From Candidatus Thorarchaeota archaeon (GTDB lineage: Archaea > Asgardarchaeota > Thorarchaeia > Thorarchaeales > Thorarchaeaceae), in contig CP070761.1 of NCBI GenBank assembly GCA_020348985.1, positions 947,713 to 1,011,712 on the forward strand: a stretch of 64,000 bases of DNA, given 5' to 3'. Positions 9,386 to 18,702 of the stretch are shown here, piece after piece; position 1 is the stretch's first letter; each line of letters opens with the position of its first letter. The notes under the pieces were generated by a model. It saw nothing but the letters and a program-made list of their open reading frames with translations, was not told the origin of the DNA and did no database searches. A program made the translations under genes and the position numbers.

Positions 9386-10183
9386 TTGATGGAGCCATGG
9401 CAGGCAATCGTTGCTTTGATTCAAGGTCTAGTCGAATGGCTACCAATCAGCAGCGAGGGCCAGGTTGCTTTGTTTGTCTACAACTTCACGACGGTGCCCA
9501 CGGAGGATCTCATCACACTTGTGGTCTGGCTTCATTTGGGCACAGCCCTGGCAGTGATAGCCAGGTATCCTAGGCTTATTCTCGATATGTTGACTCTGAA
9601 GGACAGGAGGCTCTTCAGAATCGTAATCTTAGCCACAGTATGTACGACGGTCACTGCAATTCCGTTGTACATATTCCTCAAGGGCAGCCTCACAGTCATT
9701 CAAGGTGAACTGATCAACATCCTTGTCGGCGTATTGCTCCTTGTTACTGCGTTCGTGCTCTATTTGCCAACTAGATCGGTCGAGACAAATCACGGGGATC
9801 AGGCAGAGGAAGTGACTGACAAGAATGCATCCATAGCCGGACTAGTTCAGGGTTTTGCAGTCCTCCCTGGTCTGAGCCGCTCAGGCGTTACGATATCTTC
9901 GCTCCTCATGCTGAAGGTAAACAAAGAAGATGCACTGAGGTTCAGTTTTCTCATCAGCGTTCCCGCGGTCTTGGGTATCCTTGCCGCTGAGCTCATAACC
10001 GGGTCTGCGGCACTTCCGTCTATTGCTCCAATAGACCTGTTGCTAATGGAGATAATCGTGTTCATTACTGGACTTGGGTCAATGGAATTCCTTCTTAGGA
10101 TTGCCAGAAGAGTTGAATTCTGGAAGCTATGTCTGCTCTTGGCTTCAATCGCCATCCTATTTGGGCTGCCTGCACTATTCTGA
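9386..10183 (+). CDS. uppP: Undecaprenyl-diphosphate phosphatase (BacA/UppP family)
   Basis: IQGLVEWLPISSEGQ, LHLGT, PGLSRSGVT, FSFLISVP. Confidence 0.9.
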   Translation: MMEPWQAIVALIQGLVEWLPISSEGQVALFVYNFTTVPTEDLITLVVWLHLGTALAVIARYPRLILDMLTLKDRRLFRIVILATVCTTVTAIPLYIFLKGSLTVIQGELINILVGVLLLVTAFVLYLPTRSVETNHGDQAEEVTDKNASIAGLVQGFAVLPGLSRSGVTISSLLMLKVNKEDALRFSFLISVPAVLGILAAELITGSAALPSIAPIDLLLMEIIVFITGLGSMEFLLRIARRVEFWKLCLLLASIAILFGLPALF

Positions 10184-10903
10184 GTCTTCTGCCCTCTTTT
10201 GGAACATAATGGCGATTGGGGCATTGGCCTGTCTCCACTCACCAAGCTTCCCCTCGTAGTCGAGAGGCACTGGATTTCGGCCATGGTTGCCGATTATGAC
10301 GAAGAGTGTGTCGTCACGAGCCTGTCTGGACAGAACTTTGACCCAGTTGTCTGTTCGTCTCACTATCTTTTCAAGCAGTGTCTTGGGTGGAGTTCTATGG
10401 CCATATTGAGCATATAGACTCTCGAAGTCGAGAAAGTGCATAAAGAGTAGGTCGCTTCGGAAGATGTACTTGGTGGCCTCAATGTAGGCCTTCATGTCAT
10501 CCCTGATTGGGAGTGTATAGGATGTGTCAAAGCTGAATGTCCTGGCGTCTTCCTTACGGCAGATTGCCTTTGTGAATTTCCCAGAGTCTTTGATATACTG
10601 AATAAGATGGAAAATGCCTTGAGGTCCTCGAAGCACTGTGTTAATCAATGGAACAGCAAGAGGGTCGTCAGTTGCAAGGAGTGCAAGAGCTTCCATTCTC
10701 TTGATCAGGGTTTCAGGCTTGTAGACAACTGCCTCGAATAAGCCGAAGTTATCAATCATTATCAGCACGACGGCCTTTGGGTTGAACCGCTTCACTATCT
10801 CTTCATCCGCAGAAGGGAGCCCTGGCGGGACGTCTATTCCCAAGAGTTTCAGGATAGTGGCAGGGAACTGGTCTGCTGTGGTTTCGACCTGGGGCAGTGT
10901 CAA
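10175..10903 (-). CDS. Alkaline-phosphatase-superfamily-like protein (divergent)
   Basis: VVLIMIDNFG, LLFMHFLDF and VIIGNHG resemble the AP-superfamily core strands. Confidence 0.55.
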   Translation of the reverse strand: MTLPQVETTADQFPATILKLLGIDVPPGLPSADEEIVKRFNPKAVVLIMIDNFGLFEAVVYKPETLIKRMEALALLATDDPLAVPLINTVLRGPQGIFHLIQYIKDSGKFTKAICRKEDARTFSFDTSYTLPIRDDMKAYIEATKYIFRSDLLFMHFLDFESLYAQYGHRTPPKTLLEKIVRRTDNWVKVLSRQARDDTLFVIIGNHGRNPVPLDYEGKLGEWRQANAPIAIMFQKRAEDSE

Positions 10904-11049
10904 ATTTCGTCTTGCGATGGTTCACAAACGTGACTCAAGAAGCTTTTGGGAAGAGGCAAGCCAAAACACAAAGAGAGCACTTGAGTTAGGAAACGGGCTG
11001 ACACGAGCCTTTAATAGGATTCCAGATTGGATGCCCCGTGAACTGGACC

Positions 11050-12009
11050 ATGACCCTGCGTGACATTGTGTACAACGACAGCATCAAATTCATACTAGCC
11101 GGGGGTAAAGGAGGAGTCGGAAAGACTAGCTGTGCCGGAGCAATTGCGCTTCTATCAGCAAGGCAAGGCTACCGAACTCTTGTTCTATCAACCGACCCGG
11201 CACACAGCCTTAGTGACAGTTTTGATCAGAACCTAGCAGGCGGTGAAATCATTGAAATTGAAGGCGTCGATAAACTCTGGGGACTCGAGATTAGCGCCGA
11301 CAAAGGAATGGCGGAGTTCCAGGATGCCATGAGTTCGGGACAGGCAGGACCAGAGGCAGCGGTTGCTGCACAGTTTCTTGGTGACATGGGTGGAATGTCT
11401 CCTCCGGGTTCCGATGAGGCCATGGCATTTGGCAAGATGCTAGAGTTCCTGGAGGACTCGTCTTACGACCGCGTTGTCTTCGATACTGCTCCAACAGGAC
11501 ATACATTGAAGCTACTTGAAGTTCCGGACCTTCTGGATAGTTGGCTAGGAAAAATCCTGACTCTTAGGCAGCGTATGAGTTCAATGATGGCAGGATTAAG
11601 GGCGATGATGGGTGGTGGCCAAGAAGATGAGACCTCATGGCAGATGTTACAGCGTACGAAAGAAAAGATCAGTGCTGCCCGCGTAGAGCTCTCAAATCCG
11701 GAGCTCACACAGTTTATTGTCGTCACCATTCCTGAAGCAATGGCAGTCTTTGAAACCCAACGCCTTCTTGGTAGCCTTAACACATACAGCATACCATCTA
11801 GCAACATAATTGTGAATCAGCTGATTCCAGAAAATCCAGACTGTCGGTTTTGTAGTACAAGAAGGGATATGCAGCAATCAAACCTCAGAGACATAAAGGA
11901 CATCTATAGTGATCTTAGCATAACTGAGATCCCGCTCTTTGATATGGAGATCAGAGGAATAGAGGGGCTTACTAAGCTTGGTCACATCCTCATTGGGGAG
12001 GAGCCTTAG
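11050..12009 (+). CDS. Get3/TRC40/ArsA-family ATPase (single domain, Get3-like)
   Basis: GGKGGVGKTS, STDPAHSLSD, DTAPTGHT, a Met-rich insert, and C-terminal CRFC. Confidence 0.92.
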   Translation: MTLRDIVYNDSIKFILAGGKGGVGKTSCAGAIALLSARQGYRTLVLSTDPAHSLSDSFDQNLAGGEIIEIEGVDKLWGLEISADKGMAEFQDAMSSGQAGPEAAVAAQFLGDMGGMSPPGSDEAMAFGKMLEFLEDSSYDRVVFDTAPTGHTLKLLEVPDLLDSWLGKILTLRQRMSSMMAGLRAMMGGGQEDETSWQMLQRTKEKISAARVELSNPELTQFIVVTIPEAMAVFETQRLLGSLNTYSIPSSNIIVNQLIPENPDCRFCSTRRDMQQSNLRDIKDIYSDLSITEIPLFDMEIRGIEGLTKLGHILIGEEP

Positions 12010-12010
12010 T

Positions 12011-12109
12011 ATGAGATTCGCACTCAAGAGGAAGTTAATGTCACTGTTGTTTGTATTGCTATTCTTGGCGTCAATAGCTGCGGCAGCCTATTTGATTTTC
12101 AAGCCATGA
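12011..12109 (+). CDS. Putative 32-aa transmembrane microprotein
   Basis: ATG 1 nt after the ATPase stop: MRFALKRKLMSLLFVLLFLASIAAAAYLIFKP. Confidence 0.55.
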   Translation: MRFALKRKLMSLLFVLLFLASIAAAAYLIFKP

Positions 12110-12131
12110 GGAACAATCTGGATATGGTGTC

Positions 12132-12275
12132 CTAGACTCCCTTGACACGCTTGACAACCGGAGGGCGAATCTTATAGAGGATTCTCCCACCACAGTAGGG
12201 ACACTTTACACCCGGGAGGGTCCTCAGTCCCTCTGGAGTCACTTCTCTCTTACAGCTGTGGCATACATAGACCAT
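12132..12275 (-). CDS. rpo12: DNA-directed RNA polymerase subunit Rpo12 (P)
   Basis: Manual translation MVYVCHSCKREVTPEGLRTLPGVKCPYCGGRILYKIRPPVVKRVKGV. Confidence 0.93.
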   Translation of the reverse strand: MVYVCHSCKREVTPEGLRTLPGVKCPYCGGRILYKIRPPVVKRVKGV

Positions 12276-12389
12276 CTTAGACCACTGAGAACAGCCGCAG
12301 TACCGAGCGTTATGAAGTTTTTCTTAGAGTACACAAGGACCCAGTCTCCAGTTGCCTGCATCTTCTTCACTGCCACTTCTCTGAAAACG

Positions 12390-13979
12390 CTATCCAGAGA
12401 TATTTTTCTTGACGCGTTGTCCGAGCAGCAATCCGTCGCTCAGTACCTCTGTTACTTCTACGTCAAGCATAGTTCCAGGCGAGAAACCACCCTGAATGGT
12501 CATGATTGGTCCCTCATCAAAGGGGTAGACCATCGTGTACCCATGTCTTGCCCATGATTCCTCCGCTGCTATGCCTCGGATAATCCTCCCAACGTAGTCT
12601 TTCTTTTTGCTTCTGTTGATTTTTGCGGCAGCCTTCTGCATCTTGATTCCTAGGCTATGGCCTCCTGTTGGCTCCGGGAACCCCTCGAAAGCAGACCCTG
12701 GCAGTGCACGAAATCCGTAGAGGATTATCCTCTCTGCTCCGGTTTCACTGAGCTTTTGCATTAGTCTAATCGACTCATCGACTGTTTCTTCAGTCTCACC
12801 TGGAAGACCAAAGATCAGGTAGACGAAAGGAGTCATACCAAATCTACGAGCTATCTGAATCGCCTGAAGAACGTCTCCTGGACTTCCACATTTGCCGATT
12901 GCTCGCAAGTGCGACTCTGATCCAGTTTCCAGGCCTATGTTCGGAGACGTGCCCGGAATGGTGTCGGAAATCACTCTTGCCACTTCCTCAGTGAAAAGAC
13001 ACGCCTTGACATTTTCAATGGATATTCTCGCATCCTCATTGGATACAGAGTCCAGAGCGGCAATAGCGTTGAGCAGCTCTTCGATAGCCCGCAAATTTGC
13101 AGGAGGATAACAGGGATCGGTAAGCGGGGTTTGGCCTCTTCTATAGTCGAGAAAGTCGGGAGCCTCGAGTACCACTCTATGAGCACCTAGATCTAGGAGC
13201 TCTCGGACTTCATCAACAATCGACTCTGTGGATCGACTCCTAGGAGGTCCCCAAGTGGCAGGCACACTGCAGAAGCCACAACCAGGTGGGATTTCCTCTG
13301 GACAATCCAAACGTTCTCCGGGATCATCAGCGTCACACCCTCCACACTCAGAGCACATTCTGCCAGTCCCTAGCTCCAATCTGGTGCGACGATAGTTGGA
13401 ACATCCCCGAACCGTCTCTACATACACCTTCGACGCGGCATAAGCACGATAGTCAAGAATTCTGAATGTCGACGGCCTGTACTTCTCCAGCTCACCCTCA
13501 GGAATAGGAGTTCTCTCTGAAGTAACCACTGGCCCGCTCGACGAGGAGTAGGCAATACCCTTGATCTCAGATAGATCGACCTCATCATTCAAGAAACCCA
13601 CTTTGAGTAGCTCTTCCAATGTAACCTCGCCTTCACCAATTATCATCACATCAGGCTTGACTAGCTCTAGGACAGTGGTTATGTCAGAGGAGACAGGTCC
13701 GCCTACTAGCACCCTACCTTTGTTGGCGTTTCTCCACATCTTCACCAATCTGCGAGAAACAGGGATATCCATGGTCATGGCGCTCAGTGCGAGATGTTCA
13801 AAGCCCTTCAATTGACTTCGAGATGTGATATCTTCTGAACGGGCGATTCTACATCCAATTTGCTTCTTCTCAAAGACCCCAGCTATTGTCCTGGGTCCGC
13901 ACCCAATGGAATCACGTGATCTCGTTCTACGTCCATCGCCTGCACTCAATGCGTCAATTATCAAAACCCTATCTGACAT
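12390..13979 (-). CDS. B12-binding radical SAM protein with C-terminal TRAM-like domain
   Basis: LVGGP, IGEGE, YVETVRGCSN...GCGFCSVP (split Cys motif), GLETGS, IFGLPGET. Confidence 0.85.
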   Translation of the reverse strand: MSDRVLIIDALSAGDGRRTRSRDSIGCGPRTIAGVFEKKQIGCRIARSEDITSRSQLKGFEHLALSAMTMDIPVSRRLVKMWRNANKGRVLVGGPVSSDITTVLELVKPDVMIIGEGEVTLEELLKVGFLNDEVDLSEIKGIAYSSSSGPVVTSERTPIPEGELEKYRPSTFRILDYRAYAASKVYVETVRGCSNYRRTRLELGTGRMCSECGGCDADDPGERLDCPEEIPPGCGFCSVPATWGPPRSRSTESIVDEVRELLDLGAHRVVLEAPDFLDYRRGQTPLTDPCYPPANLRAIEELLNAIAALDSVSNEDARISIENVKACLFTEEVARVISDTIPGTSPNIGLETGSESHLRAIGKCGSPGDVLQAIQIARRFGMTPFVYLIFGLPGETEETVDESIRLMQKLSETGAERIILYGFRALPGSAFEGFPEPTGGHSLGIKMQKAAAKINRSKKKDYVGRIIRGIAAEESWARHGYTMVYPFDEGPIMTIQGGFSPGTMLDVEVTEVLSDGLLLGQRVKKNISG

Positions 13980-14112
13980 CTCTCCCACGGAGAGTGCAGA
14001 GACTGCTATTACTGTTGCCAAAACGGGGTTTCTGAGCTCCCTTGTGACAGAACTTATATGGCGCCTGATGCCGTATTGTCTTTACAAAACACATTCAGGA
14101 GTAAACTACTTA

Positions 14113-14451
14113 GTGTCTGATGAAGGTGGTATCTGTCCGAATTGCGGACTACCAAGTGATCTATGTGTCTGTGAAACTATCGCACAGGAAGAAGCTAGAA
14201 TAACTGTACGGGTCGAACGCCGGAAATGGGGGAGGCTTACAACGGTCGTAGAAGGGTTCGACAAAAGCATCGACATCGGTGAGCTCGCAACTAGACTCAA
14301 AGGTAAACTGGCATGTGGCGGAGCCGCCAAACATGGTCATGTTGAGTTGCAGGGAGACCATCGAGGTGTGATAACGGATGTCCTGGCTCAGATGGGATTT
14401 CCAGAAGAGACCATCTCAGTCGACTGGACATTCATGTCTGCGAGAAGATAG
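14113..14451 (+). CDS. sui1: Translation initiation factor SUI1 (aIF1)
   Basis: ICPNCGLPSDLCVC, LKGKLACGG, ELQGDHR; GTG start inferred. Confidence 0.92.
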   Translation: MSDEGGICPNCGLPSDLCVCETIAQEEARITVRVERRKWGRLTTVVEGFDKSIDIGELATRLKGKLACGGAAKHGHVELQGDHRGVITDVLAQMGFPEETISVDWTFMSARR

Positions 14452-14524
14452 GCGGACACGCGAACATACTTCTTCATCTTGAAGCAATAGTTGAGACTAT
14501 ATAGAACTGACCACCGGAATACCC

Positions 14525-15493
14525 TTAGACTTGCGTGATTGTATCTATGCCAAGCTTGAGAACGAGTTCCTTGTACCTATTTCTGACAGTGACCTCTGTG
14601 ACTCTGGCAACTTCGGCTATCTCTCGTTGCGTCCTTCTTTCGTCAAGCATAATCGACGCCACATATATAGCGGCAGCCGCAAGACCCAATGGATCCCGTC
14701 CGATAGTGAGTCCGAAATCTCGACTCTTCTCCAAAAGCTCAACAGTGCGAAGCTGAACCTTGCTAGAGAGGGAAAGCTCTGAGGCAAAACGGCCAATGTA
14801 ATCAACGGGATTGCTAAGAGGTACTTTGATATTGAGACTCCTAAGAAGGAGACGATAACACTGTCCAAGCTTCTTCTTGTCAACCCGCGAAGCGTCTGCA
14901 ACCTCATCTAATGGCCTAGGTTTGAGTCGGATTCTGCACGCGGCATAGAGCGTTGCCGCGACCATGGCTTCTATCGATCGTCCCCTGACAAGTTTGTGAA
15001 TGATTGACTTCCTGTACAAAAGGGCGGAAAGCTCTCGAATAGGTTTGGGAATCCCCAGCTGCGATGCAAGACGTTCCAGTTCCGACATAGCCTGTGCTAG
15101 ATTCCTGTCCATGGAACTATGAACGCGTGATCTTATCTGCCACTTTCTGAGTCGGTAGATCTCTGAGCGACGTGTGGGACTCAACTTCCGACCAGAAGTG
15201 TCTCTGTCTCTCCAGTCAATAATCGTGCTAAGGCCTTTGTCGTGAACGGTGTAACGTGCCGGAGCACCTACTCGACTCCGAGTCTCAGACTCATCTGAAC
15301 TGAACGCCCTCCATTCAGCACCGGTATCGATTCTATGATCTGACAGGACGAGACCACATCCACCGCATACCCTCTCTCCACGTGTGAGATCCTCATGTAC
15401 CGAGCTGGACCCACACTCGGGGCAATTGAGAGGTTCGGATGCACTTTGAGAATGCCTTCCTCTACCTGAGGGAGAATCATTCGTTCTGTCCAA
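14525..15493 (-). CDS. tfb: Transcription initiation factor IIB
   Basis: Zn ribbon CPECG...CGGCG, EWRAF, RLRKWQ, two cyclin repeats, VTEVTVRNRYKEL. Confidence 0.96.
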   Translation of the reverse strand: MDRTNDSPSGRGRHSQSASEPLNCPECGSSSVHEDLTRGERVCGGCGLVLSDHRIDTGAEWRAFSSDESETRSRVGAPARYTVHDKGLSTIIDWRDRDTSGRKLSPTRRSEIYRLRKWQIRSRVHSSMDRNLAQAMSELERLASQLGIPKPIRELSALLYRKSIIHKLVRGRSIEAMVAATLYAACRIRLKPRPLDEVADASRVDKKKLGQCYRLLLRSLNIKVPLSNPVDYIGRFASELSLSSKVQLRTVELLEKSRDFGLTIGRDPLGLAAAAIYVASIMLDERRTQREIAEVARVTEVTVRNRYKELVLKLGIDTITQV

Positions 15494-15657
15494 GTCTCCT
15501 CCTCCGTCGTCACAAATGAAGGGCGAACTAGTTGCCAGCAGTCGTGGTACATTTCATGATGTCAAGACAGTCGCACAGGCCCACACACAAAAGGGCAAAA
15601 CCACTTTTAATGATTTGGTACACGACGAATGGAGTTTCGGCAAATTACGAATAGACG

Positions 15658-16593
15658 TCAGGTCGTCCGTTCACAGCCGTTTTCGGTTATGATTACTGTG
15701 TGCTCATGCTGAGACACAAGTGCAGTTTTCTCTTCGGCAAGGATATTGTGTGCAATGAGCGCACCATTCTGCTGTAGCTCCCTTATCGCCATCTTTAGGG
15801 ATGCATGCTTCATCTTCTCTGCAAGCCACCTCTCTGCAAAAGGGAATTCCTTGTATTCTTTCCTAGCAATACCAAGGAACTCTTTGGTTCCTTTGAATCT
15901 CACAGGAACACGGATGGGAAGAAGCTGATAGATCTGGGGGTTTGGAAGATCTGAGATGTTACCCGAGCCAGTGCTAGCGAATGTTTCAATCGCATATACT
16001 TCTCCTTCTTCGACAAGGACCTCCGATTTTCCGGAAACGCAAGGCACCTGTTTTTCTCCATGTAGTTCGTACTCGCCAAGTTGATGTCCCGACAACTGCT
16101 TGATTGGTTTGAAACCCGCGTTCTCGATTGTGTTTTCGATAAGGGCACCTATCGTATTCAGTTTGGCACCAGGACGCATCATCCTGATTGCAAGATTCGT
16201 TGCTTCAATGGACGCGCTGACAAGATCCTTGTGATCTGGATTCAATGCCACAGAGAATGCAGAATCGGAAATGCATCCATCTATATGAGCCCCGCAATCA
16301 ACTGTGACAAGATCGCCCTCGGATATGACAGTCTCATCGTCTAGAGGACAAGTATAGTGAGCAGCAATATTGTTCAAGCAAATGTTGACAGGGAAAGCCG
16401 TTCCAGAAGCGTTCTCATTGATGTGATTCTCTACGGCCACAACTATGTTTAGGAGCTTCGTGCCTGGTTCAATCAGTGGTCGGGCAATCTCTAGAGCCTC
16501 GCGTGCTACAACACCGGCTTGCCTCCACTTCGCCCAGACATCTTCTTCACCGTTCTCATTGACCGATTCGGTTTTCGGTTTCTCTTCTGGCAC
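15658..16593 (-). CDS. map: Methionine aminopeptidase type II
   Basis: AFPVN, AAHYT, DCGAHIDG, LSGH, AIETF, SQHEHT. Confidence 0.94.
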   Translation of the reverse strand: MPEEKPKTESVNENGEEDVWAKWRQAGVVAREALEIARPLIEPGTKLLNIVVAVENHINENASGTAFPVNICLNNIAAHYTCPLDDETVISEGDLVTVDCGAHIDGCISDSAFSVALNPDHKDLVSASIEATNLAIRMMRPGAKLNTIGALIENTIENAGFKPIKQLSGHQLGEYELHGEKQVPCVSGKSEVLVEEGEVYAIETFASTGSGNISDLPNPQIYQLLPIRVPVRFKGTKEFLGIARKEYKEFPFAERWLAEKMKHASLKMAIRELQQNGALIAHNILAEEKTALVSQHEHTVIITENGCERTT

Positions 16594-16663
16594 CCTGAGT
16601 AACTCCTATAGTTGCTTCGCGGAGGGTCAAGTTGTATCCATAAAAGAATGTCTGTGTGAATCC

Positions 16664-17077
16664 TCACAGAACTTTCTCGATTTGCCGGGCGACTCGGGTC
16701 ATCATGAAAAACATGTATCCCAAGTTGACCTTTTTGTTTGTGAGGACTGCGAGAAGAGCATCCTCACCAGCACCGCTTATGATAATGTACCCCTGCTCAC
16801 CTTCCACTAACATTCTAACGAACGTTCCTCTCTTCAGCTCCTTGAAGACTCGACTCGTGGAGTCCTGAATCTGCATTGAACGTCCAGCTATAACGTCCTC
16901 TTCAGGTACGAGTCCTTCATCGACACCTTCTGGATAGTGAGTACAGATTGGAAGTCCCTGCGAGGTTGAAATAATCAGACTGGCCTGGACATTACCTTGG
17001 GAGGCTCGATTCAAATCCTCAAGCATTTCAAGAAGCATCTCGGTCTTGCTCGACAAGGTGTTTTCCTCCCTTGGCAA
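16664..17077 (-). CDS. Roadblock/LC7 domain protein
   Basis: ASLIISTSQGLPI...ELKRG...VEGEQGYIII...LAVLT...NLG. Confidence 0.85.
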   Translation of the reverse strand: MPREENTLSSKTEMLLEMLEDLNRASQGNVQASLIISTSQGLPICTHYPEGVDEGLVPEEDVIAGRSMQIQDSTSRVFKELKRGTFVRMLVEGEQGYIIISGAGEDALLAVLTNKKVNLGYMFFMMTRVARQIEKVL

Positions 17078-17132
17078 CTCGGTGACTTTGGACTTTCAGT
17101 TATTTAAGATTGCTCAGCTCGTCTATGGGGTG

Positions 17133-17912
17133 CTATTTCTTGACTCTCTTCGCCCCTGCCTCTTTCAGGGCCTTGATGATTTTCTTGAGGCCTGCACCCT
17201 TGTCTTTTGACAGAGTCTTCTCTAGATAGGTACCTTGTACGACTATTGACGCGCCTGCCTCTACTGCTTTCGCTACGGACTCGGCATCGTTGAAGCCACC
17301 GCCAGTTACTACTGGAATGTCGGCAATCTCTGTGACGGCTGAAATCATTTCAACAGGCACGCCTCCACCCTCCGCCCCACTACCGGCTTCGAGATACACG
17401 AGCTTGAATCCAAGAAGCTCGGCCGCAAGAGCATACATGAGAGGAAGCCTAGGCTTGTCCCTTGGGAAGACCTTCGCATCACCTACCCACGCAGCTGTCT
17501 TGCCCGGAGATATCAGGAGATAACCCATCGAAATCGGTTCGATCCCCATGAGTTTCACGTTGGCCGCAGCCAGTGCCTGGGCCCCAATAATCCAATACGG
17601 GTTTGTGCTGTTCAAAAGACTCATGAAGAACATCGCATCCGCATGCTTTGAGACCCCTGAGATGTTCCCAGGAAACAGGATTGTCGGAATCTCAACTGCA
17701 TCAGATATCGCCTTGACTGCATCATCGATGATTCCAAATGCCGTACTACCTCCAATCCTGATTGCATCCGTACCTGCGTCCTCAGCAAGCTTTGCCATCT
17801 CAGCACAGGATCCCGGGGTAACCTTGAATGGATCGGGATCTAGTAGGCTGAAGTGGAGCGCTCCTTCACGTTCCAGTTTCTCAGCAATGTAGCTCCATAC
17901 TTTGCCGGTCAT
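17133..17912 (-). CDS. Geranylgeranylglyceryl phosphate synthase (group II)
   Basis: LLDPD, GGST, ILFPGN, FMSLLNS, YLEAGSGA, VTGGG. Confidence 0.92.
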   Translation of the reverse strand: MTGKVWSYIAEKLEREGALHFSLLDPDPFKVTPGSCAEMAKLAEDAGTDAIRIGGSTAFGIIDDAVKAISDAVEIPTILFPGNISGVSKHADAMFFMSLLNSTNPYWIIGAQALAAANVKLMGIEPISMGYLLISPGKTAAWVGDAKVFPRDKPRLPLMYALAAELLGFKLVYLEAGSGAEGGGVPVEMISAVTEIADIPVVTGGGFNDAESVAKAVEAGASIVVQGTYLEKTLSKDKGAGLKKIIKALKEAGAKRVKK

Positions 17913-17972
17913 CGTCTTGTCTCCACGAGGTACAACCAACTCGAGTTGACACTCTTTTTACGGTTTTGGTGT

Positions 17973-18608
17973 TTAGCCTCTTCTGCTCTTGAATCGGGGG
18001 AAGAACATTCCTGTGTTGTTGATGTAGGTTCTGTATTCCTCCCCGAAGTGCTCTATTAGATGCAACTCTTCTTTCTTTGCTATCACGTAGTACCCTGGAA
18101 TTCCTATGATTAGACACAAGCTGAGAGGAGACGGAATCATCATGATGAGCCCGATGAAGGACAGCAAGTATGATGTATATGAGGGATGACGCACCTTCGA
18201 ATAGGGCCCGATTGTGACGATTTTGTGTTCTTCACTCATCGACCAAGACGCGGCCATCTCCTTGCGCACATACCTCGACCACATGTGAAGGAAAATTCCG
18301 GTGGATAGAAGCACAAGGCCGATGACCCATAGTGGAGTGAAGGAATAGAGCCAGTCCCAGCTGTACGTGGAAAGAATCTGAATTTCAACAAGAACCCAAT
18401 CCAGTACTATCATTAGGACGAGACCAAATGACAGTAGTGTGGCAATTGAAGCAGCCGCCAATGCATTTCCAGGAACCCGAACTCCAGTATCAATCTCTCG
18501 TTGAACTCTGCGGACACTATGTTTCCTCAAATCCATGTTCAAATGTAACAAAACATCGACCAAAGCAAGAAAGCCAACGGTAGGGCCTGCCAAGCTTATG
18601 TCGACCAT
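17973..18608 (-). CDS. Isoprenylcysteine carboxyl methyltransferase/PEMT-family membrane protein
   Basis: HKIVTIGPYSKVRHPSY...EELHLIEHFGEEYRTY...FFP. Confidence 0.88.
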   Translation of the reverse strand: MVDISLAGPTVGFLALVDVLLHLNMDLRKHSVRRVQREIDTGVRVPGNALAAASIATLLSFGLVLMIVLDWVLVEIQILSTYSWDWLYSFTPLWVIGLVLLSTGIFLHMWSRYVRKEMAASWSMSEEHKIVTIGPYSKVRHPSYTSYLLSFIGLIMMIPSPLSLCLIIGIPGYYVIAKKEELHLIEHFGEEYRTYINNTGMFFPRFKSRRG

Positions 18609-18702
18609 AGGTGTTCGTAGGTAATTCCTCTTTTCTATCTTCGCAAGAGATTGCTTGATTCATATTGAATTTTATCAATTGCAAGCACGTCTTCGCTGAA
18701 GA

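Noticed and set aside
11050-12009. Arsenite-efflux ArsA operon
   Set aside because: Single-domain protein with Get3 features and no arsB/acr3/arsD/arsR nearby.
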